A stretch of 41,960 bases of DNA from an uncultured Candidatus Saccharibacteria bacterium (GTDB lineage: Bacteria; Patescibacteriota; UBA1384; GWA2-35-9; CAYZGQ01). Location of the stretch: NCBI GenBank assembly GCA_964478135.1, contig CAYZGQ010000003.1:1-41960 (forward strand), written 5' to 3'. The position numbers were made by a program, and so were the translations under genes. Below, piece by piece: positions 25,312 through 33,760 of this stretch (the first letter of the stretch is position 1; the number at the start of each line of letters is the position of its first letter). The notes below the pieces were generated by a model. That model ran no database searches, was not told the origin of the DNA, and saw only the letters and a program-made list of their open reading frames with translations.

Positions 25312-26499
25312 TTGTTCGATTACCTGCGGTTTTCAAAGTTTTGTTTCGTTCTAGTGATTGGGCTGGGTCTAGTGCTGTTAGCTCAAGGTCCTGTTTTAGC
25401 CCAAAACTCTGATAAAATTAATGAACTCCGACAAAAAAGAGAGACCCTAGCTCGAGAAGTTGAAAGAAATCGCCGCCAAGCCGAAGTCAAAAAACAGGAA
25501 GCCTTACAGCTTAATAAAGATGTTTCCAAACTTAACGACGACATAGAACTAACCCAAAGAAAGATCAACCAAACCCAAGAGGAAATAATCTCGGTTCAGG
25601 AACAGATTAACGATTTGAGCCAGCAGATCAGGCAAAAGGGCGAACAAATTGAGGTTCAACGGTCCTATCAGCGCGAATTGATCAATTATTTGTACGAAAT
25701 TACCGGAGAGTCAACTCTAGTCCAACTTCTATCAGCCCAAACCATCTCCCAGGCGGTTATTGAAACAACCGACACCTCGGTGATTGAGCAAGAGATCGAA
25801 GACACAATCAGCGCTTTGAAAAACGTTCAAGCCCAGCTTGATCAAAATCGGGATTTGCTCAAAGGCAAACAAAGAGAGCTTGATTCTTTGAAATCCCAGC
25901 AAGAGGCGCGCCGGCGGGGTCTTGAGGCCCAACAGTCTAGAAAAACCCAGCTGGCCCGCAACAGTCAAGAGGCGCAAAAGGAGTTTGAACAACTGCTCGA
26001 AGAAGCTAGACGGGCCTACCAGGATGTTACGAGTGAACTGTTTCGAATCACTCAATCGGCTCGCAATCGGGGCCGATCATCCGGTGTTAAAAAAATTGGC
26101 AACCTTGAGTTTAGTCCGCCTTTTGTCGGTCTAGTGACCACCGAATGGGGCGAGCCAACTTTTGTTCAGGATTTTCACACAGGCCTTGATATTGATTGCG
26201 CGATCGGAGACTCGCTCCGAGCTGTTGCCGATGGCAAGGTAATATCGGCCGGCAGTCGTTATGGCTATGGTCAAACTGTTGTCCTAGATCATGGCTCGGG
26301 CGTGACTAGTCTATACGCCCACGGGTCGGTAATTTTAGTATCAGAATCCCAAGAGGTTAAACGGGGTGATTCAATCTTGTCGTGCGGCAATACTGGATTC
26401 GCCCGAGCGATCTCCCCGGGCGGCGACGGGAGCCATATTCACTTAGAACTTCGCGAGGACGGTGTCCCGGTTAACCCTAGGATATATATTGATGTTTAA
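25312..26499 (+). CDS. coiled-coil M23 family metallopeptidase (EnvC/PcsB-type partner of FtsEX)
   Basis: AGGAGG lies 5 nt upstream of TTG 25312. Signal/TM segment and a long coiled coil. M23 motifs HTGLDI (HxxxD) and SHIHLE (HxH) are both present. Confidence 0.85.
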   Translation: MFDYLRFSKFCFVLVIGLGLVLLAQGPVLAQNSDKINELRQKRETLAREVERNRRQAEVKKQEALQLNKDVSKLNDDIELTQRKINQTQEEIISVQEQINDLSQQIRQKGEQIEVQRSYQRELINYLYEITGESTLVQLLSAQTISQAVIETTDTSVIEQEIEDTISALKNVQAQLDQNRDLLKGKQRELDSLKSQQEARRRGLEAQQSRKTQLARNSQEAQKEFEQLLEEARRAYQDVTSELFRITQSARNRGRSSGVKKIGNLEFSPPFVGLVTTEWGEPTFVQDFHTGLDIDCAIGDSLRAVADGKVISAGSRYGYGQTVVLDHGSGVTSLYAHGSVILVSESQEVKRGDSILSCGNTGFARAISPGGDGSHIHLELREDGVPVNPRIYIDV

Positions 26500-26542
26500 A
26501 CCAGGAATAAATAACTAAATTGGTTTATACTGGATAAGTACA

Positions 26543-27091
26543 ATGATTAAAGTCTTTGAGAAAGAACCGGCTATCATCAAAGAAGTTAGACGTAATCAAA
26601 AGGTGATATTTTGGGTTCGCAAGCATATATTCGCCCTAGCCGGCCCGATTTTAATGGTAGTTTTTTCGGCCATCGCGGCCAGCGCGATCCTTATTTGGAT
26701 CACAGGAGCGATTTCTTCGCTCCTAGAACCAGGGAGGATAGTTGTTATTTTAGTCGGTTTTTTGATCCCATTAGTCTGGGCGACCCTGGCCTTTATCGCT
26801 TTCGCCGAATGGAAGACGTATTTTAACGATGTCTTAATCGTGACCGATAGTTCAGTTATCGCCATGATCCAAAAAACTGTTTTCTATCTTGAAACTATTC
26901 AGATTTCAATCCATGACATTCAAGACGCCAATGCCATTCAAAAAGGTCTCCTGACTCATCTGTTTGGTTTTGGGACGGTTCAGCTTGAAACTGCCGGGCC
27001 GCAGGAGTCGATCACGATATCTCATTTGCCCTACCCCCACGCGGTCGCGAATCGGATAATGGCGATCAGACATGGCTGGCGCAACGGTTGA
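26543..27091 (+). CDS. membrane protein with bacterial PH domain (bPH_2 / YdbS-YdbT-like)
   Basis: Two TM helices, then VLIVTDSSVIAMIQKTVF...IHDIQDANAIQKGLLTHLFGFGTVQLETAG, typical of DUF304/bPH. Confidence 0.6.
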   Translation: MIKVFEKEPAIIKEVRRNQKVIFWVRKHIFALAGPILMVVFSAIAASAILIWITGAISSLLEPGRIVVILVGFLIPLVWATLAFIAFAEWKTYFNDVLIVTDSSVIAMIQKTVFYLETIQISIHDIQDANAIQKGLLTHLFGFGTVQLETAGPQESITISHLPYPHAVANRIMAIRHGWRNG

Positions 27092-27494
27092 GTCAAAACA
27101 GGTTGCCTGTGTTATGAGAGCCGATGGTAGTTTGGCCTGCCATGTCAGGGCCAAGACATTTCAAGATATTTTAAAATCTTTGGTCGAGCTAGTCAAAATT
27201 GTTGAACCTCAAACCAAGTCTGATCAAGGTTTTTTTGAGCACTCGGTCGAGGTGGACGGGCTTGATCAAGAGACACTGCTAGTCTCTTTTTTGATGGAAC
27301 TTATTAACTGTATGGATTGTCAAGGCGGGATCGTGAGCGCGATCAAGATCGAGACTTTGACCGATCAGTTGATTAAGGCCAGACTAAAGGGTGTCAAGCT
27401 CGATCGGATGCCGGAAGTTTTTGATCGAATCAATTATGACCTGGTCAAGCTCATCCACGCTGGAGGGCCGAGCGCGGAGATTGTTTTTAATTAA
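27072..27494 (+). CDS. archease-like protein
   Basis: C-terminal half ETLLVSFLMELINCMD...RINYDLVKLIHAGGPSAEIVFN resembles the archease LLvxFLxElL ... K.vTYh.l.v ... v.D block. The likely real start is ATG 27114 (MRADGSLACHV...). Confidence 0.5.
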   Translation: MAGATVESKQVACVMRADGSLACHVRAKTFQDILKSLVELVKIVEPQTKSDQGFFEHSVEVDGLDQETLLVSFLMELINCMDCQGGIVSAIKIETLTDQLIKARLKGVKLDRMPEVFDRINYDLVKLIHAGGPSAEIVFN

Positions 27495-29142
27495 AACGAG
27501 CCGAACTAGCCCAAAGAAAGCCCTGTTTTTAATCGCTCTTTTAGGCGCGATTTTAGCCAAACCCGATCGGGTGGGAGCGGTTGTGATCAACGAACTTAAT
27601 TGGGCTGGTTCATCCAGCTCAAGCGCCGATGAATGGCTAGAGTTGTATAATCCGAGCCAATCAGCTGTTGAGTTAAGCGGTTGGATGATCGAACAGGCCG
27701 CTAGTTCTAAGAGAAACTTGGTTTTACCCGAGGGCTCGTCAGTTGGCCCAGGGGGGTATTTTCTAATCGCCAACTTTAAGCCCGATTCGATCAAGACCCT
27801 CTTGGCGATTCAAGCCGACTGGGTTACCAGTTCATTAAGCCTGGGTAACAGTGATAGAAAATACCAACTGATCAACCAGTTTGGCCAAGTGATTGATAGT
27901 CTTGATGATGGTCAAGGTGAACCTTGGGCGGGCTTAAATGGTCGAATAATCCGATCAATGGAGAGAGTCGATCCCAAGACCAGCGGAGCTGAAAGTTCTA
28001 ACTGGCGTTCAGCCCTAAACGTCCTTAATTTTAAAGAACAGACCGGTCATTTTGGCACGCCAGGGGCGAAAAATTCAGCCCTTCAAGTCTGGCCAAAGCT
28101 GGTCATCAGCGAAGTCTATGCTAAGCCTGCTGACTCAACTCAAGAATATATTGAGCTGTATAATCATACCGGTGAAACGGTCAGTCTTGATGGCTGGCTG
28201 ATTGATGATGCTCCAGACGGTTCTAGGGCCTATCAATTGCCCAATCACGATTTACAACCGAATCAGTACCTTAGCCTGACTAGAACTTTGACCGGTTTGG
28301 CCTTGAATGACACGGGTGATTCGGTCAGACTAATCGCTCCTGATGGTCAAGTCGTTGACCAGACCGACTTTCCCTCGCTTAAGACTGGTTTTGTCTGGGC
28401 TTTAATTGATCGAGTTTGGCGGATCAGCCAAACTCCAACCCCGGGTCAGGCGAATATACTTACAATCGTTCCCGAATGTTCTAGCGGGCCTGACTCTTGT
28501 TTGGCAGTTTCGGCTGTGATTGGCCAGCTAGAAAGCTTGATTGGCCAAAGGGTTAGATTGATTGGTTTTGTTTCCCGTCGGTTCTCAAGCGGTTTTTATT
28601 TCAAAGACGAGACTGGTGAGGTCAGAGTCTCATTTTTAGCTAGCCTTGGGATTGTCAAACAGAGCCTTCAGGTTGGCGATAAAATTTCAGTCGAAGGTTT
28701 GGTCGAGTTAACCGATACTGGATTGAGAGTTGTCCCGGATTTTGATCAAGCGGTTCAAGTGATCGAGTCGGTTCGTCAAAACCAAAGTTCTGATTCAGGT
28801 CAATCTCAAAAATCAACTGACCAAGATCAACTAAACCAGGAGACATTAAACCAGTCAAGCCAGACTCGGTTGAATCAGTCTGACTTGCGTGATCTTGAGC
28901 CTAGAGTCTTGGTTAGTCTGTTGGAGACCCACGATCAGAGCGATCGCCAATTAATCAACAGACTAGCTATTGGGCTTGATCTGCCCCGACCGATTGATTT
29001 GGATCAAGCCTTGTTTTTAGCCAAGGCCGATCGAACTTTTGGATTAATTGGTTCTTTAAACCCGAGTCTCATTATACTGACTTCGACTTTTTTGCTCGGG
29101 TTAGTTATTGTTTTAACACCTCCATTAAGTAATTATGACTAA
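27481..29142 (+). CDS. surface protein with two lamin-tail domains (LTD), an OB-fold-like domain, a Q/S/N/D-rich linker and a C-terminal TM anchor
   Basis: LTD signatures VVINELNWAGSSSSSADEWLELYNPSQSAVELSGW and LVISEVYAKPADSTQEYIELYNHTGETVSLDGW. OB-like VRLIGFVSRRFSSGFYFKDETGEVRV...GDKISVEG. The start is uncertain: TTG 27481 gives a signal-peptide-like MFLIKTSRTSPKKALFLIALLGAILA, and the ORF is open from 27391. Confidence 0.7.
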   Translation: MFLIKTSRTSPKKALFLIALLGAILAKPDRVGAVVINELNWAGSSSSSADEWLELYNPSQSAVELSGWMIEQAASSKRNLVLPEGSSVGPGGYFLIANFKPDSIKTLLAIQADWVTSSLSLGNSDRKYQLINQFGQVIDSLDDGQGEPWAGLNGRIIRSMERVDPKTSGAESSNWRSALNVLNFKEQTGHFGTPGAKNSALQVWPKLVISEVYAKPADSTQEYIELYNHTGETVSLDGWLIDDAPDGSRAYQLPNHDLQPNQYLSLTRTLTGLALNDTGDSVRLIAPDGQVVDQTDFPSLKTGFVWALIDRVWRISQTPTPGQANILTIVPECSSGPDSCLAVSAVIGQLESLIGQRVRLIGFVSRRFSSGFYFKDETGEVRVSFLASLGIVKQSLQVGDKISVEGLVELTDTGLRVVPDFDQAVQVIESVRQNQSSDSGQSQKSTDQDQLNQETLNQSSQTRLNQSDLRDLEPRVLVSLLETHDQSDRQLINRLAIGLDLPRPIDLDQALFLAKADRTFGLIGSLNPSLIILTSTFLLGLVIVLTPPLSNYD

Positions 29143-29533
29143 AAAATACTTGATAATTTCTCGCCAGAACGGCTATGTCTGGGTTCGGCTGACAAATGAT
29201 TTGAGTCTGGTTGGTCGATCTCGGGCTGACACAAGGGTTCTTACCTCAAAGCTTGACCGATCGCTCGTTGGAGCGATTAAATCTCTGGCGTTCAAGCAAG
29301 CCCCAAAAGACTATACTTTTATTAAAGCGATAATCGTTCAATCAGGTTTAGGTTCGTTTACTCAAGACAGGCTAGCTGTGGTAGTGGCCAATAGTCTTGG
29401 CTGGGCCGGTAAATGGCCGGTCATTTTATACGAACGAGATGCTAGTCAAGCCCGGTCGTTCGTTCACAAGCAAATAAAACAAAATCGGGTCAAACTCGCT
29501 AGGGTAAAATATGCGAGCGACCCGAATCTCTAA
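29135..29533 (+). CDS. truncated TsaB/YeaZ-like protein (N-terminal ASKHA half only)
   Basis: 132 aa. IIVQSGLGSFTQDRLAVVVANSLGWAGKWPV parallels the TsaB block GPGSFTGlRiG...akgLa....P. Confidence 0.5.
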   Translation: MTKKYLIISRQNGYVWVRLTNDLSLVGRSRADTRVLTSKLDRSLVGAIKSLAFKQAPKDYTFIKAIIVQSGLGSFTQDRLAVVVANSLGWAGKWPVILYERDASQARSFVHKQIKQNRVKLARVKYASDPNL

Positions 29534-29555
29534 AGGTCAAGAATTAGTTTTAAGG

Positions 29556-30077
29556 TTAGCTTGGTAAGACTGGGAAGATTGTCAAAATGGGACTGTTTAG
29601 TCCAGAATCAGTGACTATTGCCTTGTCCGGGTCGGTTTGGGTTGTTTGAGTTGGTTGATAGAGTGTCTTGAACGCGATCGTAGCGACAACGACAAGGGGA
29701 ACGCTATTGGGCAGAATTAGTCCGTTTTGACTCAAGTCTAGATTTAAGTCCAAGACACTAATTGTCTGGACCACTCTTAACCCTTTTTGGATCAGTTTTT
29801 CAGAGTTAAAACAAGGTATTTCTAGCCAAAGGGCGATAATTTTTCCAAAATCCGAGTCGTCTGGATTAAAGACGACTAAGTGACATTTTTTATCCTCTGT
29901 CAGACTGTTGAGGATCGGTCCCAAAAGCGCGTCCAAGACTAACTTCAAGTTGCGGTTTGGATTTTTAAGGGTCAGATCGACTCGCCCTTTGTTTTGGGTT
30001 AAGAGTTTTAATAGATCATCCCAGGCCTGGTACAATCGGTCACTATTCCTAAATTCTGACAAGAGGGTTTTGATCAT
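29556..30077 (-). CDS. hypothetical protein (orphan, opposite orientation to its neighbours)
   Basis: AGGAGG (plus 30083-30088) lies 5 nt upstream of ATG 30077 (MIKTLLSEF...). 173 aa. I recognise no motif. The ORF is open to 30128. Confidence 0.6.
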   Translation of the reverse strand: MIKTLLSEFRNSDRLYQAWDDLLKLLTQNKGRVDLTLKNPNRNLKLVLDALLGPILNSLTEDKKCHLVVFNPDDSDFGKIIALWLEIPCFNSEKLIQKGLRVVQTISVLDLNLDLSQNGLILPNSVPLVVVATIAFKTLYQPTQTTQTDPDKAIVTDSGLNSPILTIFPVLPS

Positions 30078-30134
30078 TTTGGCCTCCTTTTTCAGGTGTT
30101 TTGGAAAGTTCGCCTCGGGCTGGCCCAAGGCTTT

Positions 30135-30157
30135 AAAAAACGGCCAGACGGCCGTTT
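30135..30157 (-). terminator. intrinsic terminator (minus sense) located upstream of the 29556-30077 gene
   Basis: AAACGGCC (30138-30145) / GGCCGTTT (30150-30157) with a 4-nt loop. The plus-strand A6 run (30135-40) gives a U-run immediately 3' on the minus strand. Confidence 0.5.
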
Positions 30158-30204
30158 AACGGATTTCTATCGTTATAGTATCGTTCTCTTTTGAATTTTC
30201 ATTT

Positions 30205-30230
30205 AAGTCAAAACTAGCTGGTTTTGACTT
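30205..30230. repeat. perfect 10-bp inverted repeat AAGTCAAAAC / GTTTTGACTT (6-nt spacer) in the divergent control region
   Basis: Arms at 30205-30214 and 30221-30230. Overlaps the candidate minus-strand -10 and spacer, so it is a possible operator. Confidence 0.6.
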
Positions 30231-30304
30231 AGTCTGTCAAGATCGGAAAATGTGGAAAACTCAATTTTCTCCTTAATTTGCCGGTTCACGTTTTTGGTTT
30301 AACA

Positions 30305-30313
30305 TGCTACAGT
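30305..30313 (+). promoter_or_regulatory. extended -10 element TGcTACAGT, 9 nt upstream of ATG 30323
   Basis: Counted directly. No SD in the gap. Confidence 0.4.
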
Positions 30314-30322
30314 TAAATTGAG

Positions 30323-31783
30323 ATGTCCCAAACTCGATACCAAGAGTCGCCAACGGGGGACGATTCAGATATTTCTCCAGACAGACTAACCAAGCTGTTA
30401 GTCAATAAACAAACCAGGTGGCGCAAACGCCTGGCTGTTTTTGCTCTGCTCGTCCTGGTCGTTTTTTTGATAGTTCTGGTAACTCCGATTATTAACGCCC
30501 TTTCTAAAATTACGGTCAGCAACATGACCGGTTTTTCGCCGCTCTTGCGCCGAGGTATTGAGCTCAAAGGAGAGGGGCAAAACCGAATTAACATCGTGAT
30601 TTTAGGTATGGGCGGAGTTGGTCACAAAGGAGGTTTACTGACCGACACTATCATCACGGCCAGTTTAGACCCGTTTAACAAACAGGTCGCGTTTTTAACT
30701 ATTCCTAGGGATATGGTGGTTAATTATCCTAAACCCCTAACAGGATCGGGTAAAATCAATAATATATACTCATTAGCCGAACAAAGTAAAAAATTTGTCG
30801 GCGGCGGACCGGCGGGACTTAAGAAAGCTCTTGAGACTGTTTTAGACATACCGATTCACTACTTCTTCCAAGTTGATTTTGAGGGTTTTCGCAAGGTTGT
30901 CGACGCTTTAGGCGGGATAACTCTTGAAGTCGAACGAGATATATACGATCCCCTTTACCCAGCCGACAATATGGTTGATTTTGAACCATTTTCAATTAAA
31001 GCCGGCAGCCGTAAACTTGACGGAGAGACCGCCTTAAAGTACGCCCGATCGAGACATGGTTCAAACGGCGAGGGCTCTGATTTTGCTCGCTCGAGAAGAC
31101 AAATCCAAGTCATTCAATCTGTTAAGGAGAAAACATTATCCAGCCGGGCTTTGGTTAATCCTAAAAAACTGGTTGAGCTAGCAAGTGTCGCCGGAGATCA
31201 CATTAGAACCGATTTAACACTTTTGGAGATTGAGCGATTGGTTGAACTAGTCAAAGATATTGAACCAAAGAACATTATTATCAAGGTCCTTGACTCATCC
31301 ATCAATAGTCCTCTTCAACCCGACTTAAACGACAACCGGGCCTACTTGCTGGTGCCTAAACTGGGATTTGGAAACTATAAGGAGATTCAAAGAATCGCCC
31401 ACGAAATATTTACCGATCCGGCTCTCGCGCTAGAGAAGGCAAGTCTAGAAGTAATTGACTCAACTGGCCAGCCAGGTGCGTCAAGTGAATTGATCAAAGA
31501 TTTAAAGTCTTTCGGTTACGCCCTGGCTACTCAAAGTACTGGGCCGACAGTTCGCTCAAAAACTTTAATTGTGGACCACACCGGTGGCAAAAAACCGCGG
31601 GCGCTCGAATTTTTGGCCAAAATGTTTCAGGTTGGTTCGAGCGTCGACTCTCCCCCGGAAGTAAGATCGAAACCGGTAGCTGATCTAACTATTGATATCG
31701 GTCAAGATGCCCTGGCATTGAGTCAAAGCGGTCTTAGGATTTTAAATGAATCACAAACAACAATCAAGGCTCAAGGTCCATAA
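30323..31783 (+). CDS. LytR-CpsA-Psr (LCP) family cell-envelope phosphotransferase with a LytR_C-like C-terminal domain
   Basis: TM helix, then NIVILGMGGVGHKGGLLTDTIITASLDP, IPRDM, FEGFRKVVDALGG and ALKYARSRH. Confidence 0.85.
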   Translation: MSQTRYQESPTGDDSDISPDRLTKLLVNKQTRWRKRLAVFALLVLVVFLIVLVTPIINALSKITVSNMTGFSPLLRRGIELKGEGQNRINIVILGMGGVGHKGGLLTDTIITASLDPFNKQVAFLTIPRDMVVNYPKPLTGSGKINNIYSLAEQSKKFVGGGPAGLKKALETVLDIPIHYFFQVDFEGFRKVVDALGGITLEVERDIYDPLYPADNMVDFEPFSIKAGSRKLDGETALKYARSRHGSNGEGSDFARSRRQIQVIQSVKEKTLSSRALVNPKKLVELASVAGDHIRTDLTLLEIERLVELVKDIEPKNIIIKVLDSSINSPLQPDLNDNRAYLLVPKLGFGNYKEIQRIAHEIFTDPALALEKASLEVIDSTGQPGASSELIKDLKSFGYALATQSTGPTVRSKTLIVDHTGGKKPRALEFLAKMFQVGSSVDSPPEVRSKPVADLTIDIGQDALALSQSGLRILNESQTTIKAQGP

Positions 31784-31807
31784 TTAAAAGATATTGAAGG
31801 TTAATTC

Positions 31808-32215
31808 ATGGGGTTGACACTGGTTTTCCTATTTATCACGACAGATTTGCTCTTTCTAGTAATCAACAAAGGTGGCTTGAACACGATCTTGGCTTTACTT
31901 GCCATTGGTATGGTTTTTGGTTGGTCGTTTTTTTTCGATCAAACCCGGGCTGGTCTTAACTGGGGTCACCATCACGAACTCCAGCTTATGTCATTTACGA
32001 TCGGTTTAATCGCGCTCGAGTTGGGGCTCATACTTGAGTTTTGGCCGATTGCTCAACTGGTCAAGTCGTTTGTTTTGGTTGCTAGTTACTGGCTAGCTAA
32101 TCAAGCGGGAGAACTGTTCGCATCAGGATCAAAAAAAAGCTTTCTAACTTGGGCGATTGTTTATCTTATATTGATTGTTGTTATAATGTCTTCGTCAGTC
32201 TTTCAAATAGTCTAA
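31808..32215 (+). CDS. hypothetical small polytopic membrane protein
   Basis: 135 aa with about four hydrophobic helices. No recognisable motif. Confidence 0.5.
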   Translation: MGLTLVFLFITTDLLFLVINKGGLNTILALLAIGMVFGWSFFFDQTRAGLNWGHHHELQLMSFTIGLIALELGLILEFWPIAQLVKSFVLVASYWLANQAGELFASGSKKSFLTWAIVYLILIVVIMSSSVFQIV

Positions 32216-32278
32216 AGCCCTAAAGCCGTGATCAACTAGATTAGTCTATCGTTTTAAGAGATTTTTTAAGACCAGAAA

Positions 32279-33280
32279 ATGATTAAAAAATTGGTTAAAA
32301 CATTAGTCAGATTTAACAAGGCTTTCTTGGTCAAAGCTCGGCTTTTGTTTTCCAAATTTAACATTTTACCTGGTTTAGCTAGATCAGCTCAAACAGTTCA
32401 AATACCGATTAGCCGAGCTAATTTAATTTTGGCTCGGGCTCGAGGCTGGCTGATTGGTTTTATTTTCGGCCTGTATCTAATTGGTTTGTTGGGTGTCAGT
32501 TGGTTATATTACCTCAAGGGTAATATATCACCAGCTGTGATTAACGCGTTGAGAATTTATCCTTTGCCGGCTGCTTTGGTCAACGGTCGAGTAATCTCGG
32601 CCGCCGGTTTTGAGAGAGAATATTTATACATAGAGCAGTTTTCATCCAGAACCGGCCAGCCAATAGAGCCATCTAAGGCCCGGTCTGGATTAGGTGACCA
32701 ACTTGTCGAGAGGGTTTTACTCAATATTCAGGCCGGCCAGTCCGGCATAAGGGTTAGCCAGGCTGAAATTGACCAGGCTTTTAACGATCTGGCGAAGGAT
32801 AACGGGGGAGAGACAGAGGTTAAGAAAGTATTGTTTAACCTCTACGGTATGTCGGTCAAAGATTTTAAGAGATTGATCGCGGCCCAGCTGATTAAAGACA
32901 AGGTCCGCCAAGAATTACTTATTCACGTACAAGCCAAACATATTGTGATCAACAATGAGAAGAAAGCCAAGGAAGTTTTAGAACGAGCGATCAAAGGTGA
33001 TAACTTCGACGACCTGGCTCGTGAGTTTTCCCAGGATATAGCGAGCGCCGATAAAGGGGGCGATTTGGGAAAAGTCGAGCGGGGCCAGCTGGTTAAAGAG
33101 CTCGAGCAAGCTGTTTTTAGTGCTCCAGTCGATCAAGTTCAGCCTGAACTAGTCAAAAGCGAGTTTGGTTTTCACGTTATCAAAGTTGAGCAGAGAAGCG
33201 GTCGGATTGACAAGACTTTCGACGATTTTTTGAAAGAGCTCAAAGACAAGGCTAAAGTAAGGAAATTGATTAATTTTTGA
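32279..33280 (+). CDS. membrane-anchored PpiC-type peptidyl-prolyl isomerase (PrsA/SurA-like)
   Basis: TM helix and a SurA-N-like region. Parvulin block HVQAKHIVI...FDDLAREFSQD...GGDLG...FGFHVIKVE. Confidence 0.8.
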   Translation: MIKKLVKTLVRFNKAFLVKARLLFSKFNILPGLARSAQTVQIPISRANLILARARGWLIGFIFGLYLIGLLGVSWLYYLKGNISPAVINALRIYPLPAALVNGRVISAAGFEREYLYIEQFSSRTGQPIEPSKARSGLGDQLVERVLLNIQAGQSGIRVSQAEIDQAFNDLAKDNGGETEVKKVLFNLYGMSVKDFKRLIAAQLIKDKVRQELLIHVQAKHIVINNEKKAKEVLERAIKGDNFDDLAREFSQDIASADKGGDLGKVERGQLVKELEQAVFSAPVDQVQPELVKSEFGFHVIKVEQRSGRIDKTFDDFLKELKDKAKVRKLINF

Positions 33281-33292
33281 TTACTCTATCTC

Positions 33293-33316
33293 CAGACAGG
33301 CGGTGTCTGTTTGATA
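33293..33316 (+). terminator. weak intrinsic terminator after the PpiC gene
   Basis: CAGACA (33293-33298) / TGTCTG (33304-33309) with a 5-nt loop, then TTTGATAAAATT. Confidence 0.3.
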
Positions 33317-33643
33317 AAATTCTCACCGAACTATCAGGGCTTGGCCTGCCATGAAACTTCGGGTACAAGTCGGCGGGCGAAATGACTGCCCGACCGAAAC
33401 TTTTTAGTCAAGGCGAGTTCTTGCAAGGCTGGGTTTTCAACACCTTGTGTTGATTACCCAAAACAGCGAGAAAAATAGATTTCCGATGAGGTATGCGTAT
33501 TGAAAATTAAAAAAATATATATGATTAAAATTTTTTTGCCCTTATTGCTAAACGTATTTCGTTTTCGTTCCAAAAACGATTTGAAATACTAGCTAAGTCA
33601 GCAAAGCCTTAAGGCGACTTGTTCAAACTTGACAAGTCCCGAT

Positions 33644-33721
33644 TGGCGGGGCCGACCGGATTCGAACCGGCGATCTTCTCCGTGACAGGGAGATGTGTTA
33701 ACCAGGCTACACCACAGCCCC
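33644..33721 (-). tRNA. tRNA-Asp (anticodon GTC), CCA encoded
   Basis: Minus-strand cloverleaf GGGGCTG-TG-GTGT...ACAC-A-TCTCC-CTGTCAC-GGAGA-AGATC-GCCGG-TTCGAAT-CCGGT-CGGCCCC-G-CCA. 78 nt. Confidence 0.95.
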
Positions 33722-33731
33722 AAGCAATAAT

Positions 33732-33760
33732 ACTATACTGTCGGTAATTTAATTTATCAA
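33732..33760 (-). promoter_or_regulatory. sigma70-like promoter for tRNA-Asp: TTGATA-17 nt-TATAGT (minus sense), 10 nt upstream of the mature 5' end
   Basis: Plus-strand TATCAA at 33755-33760 and ACTATA at 33732-33737, with a 17-nt spacer. Confidence 0.5.
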
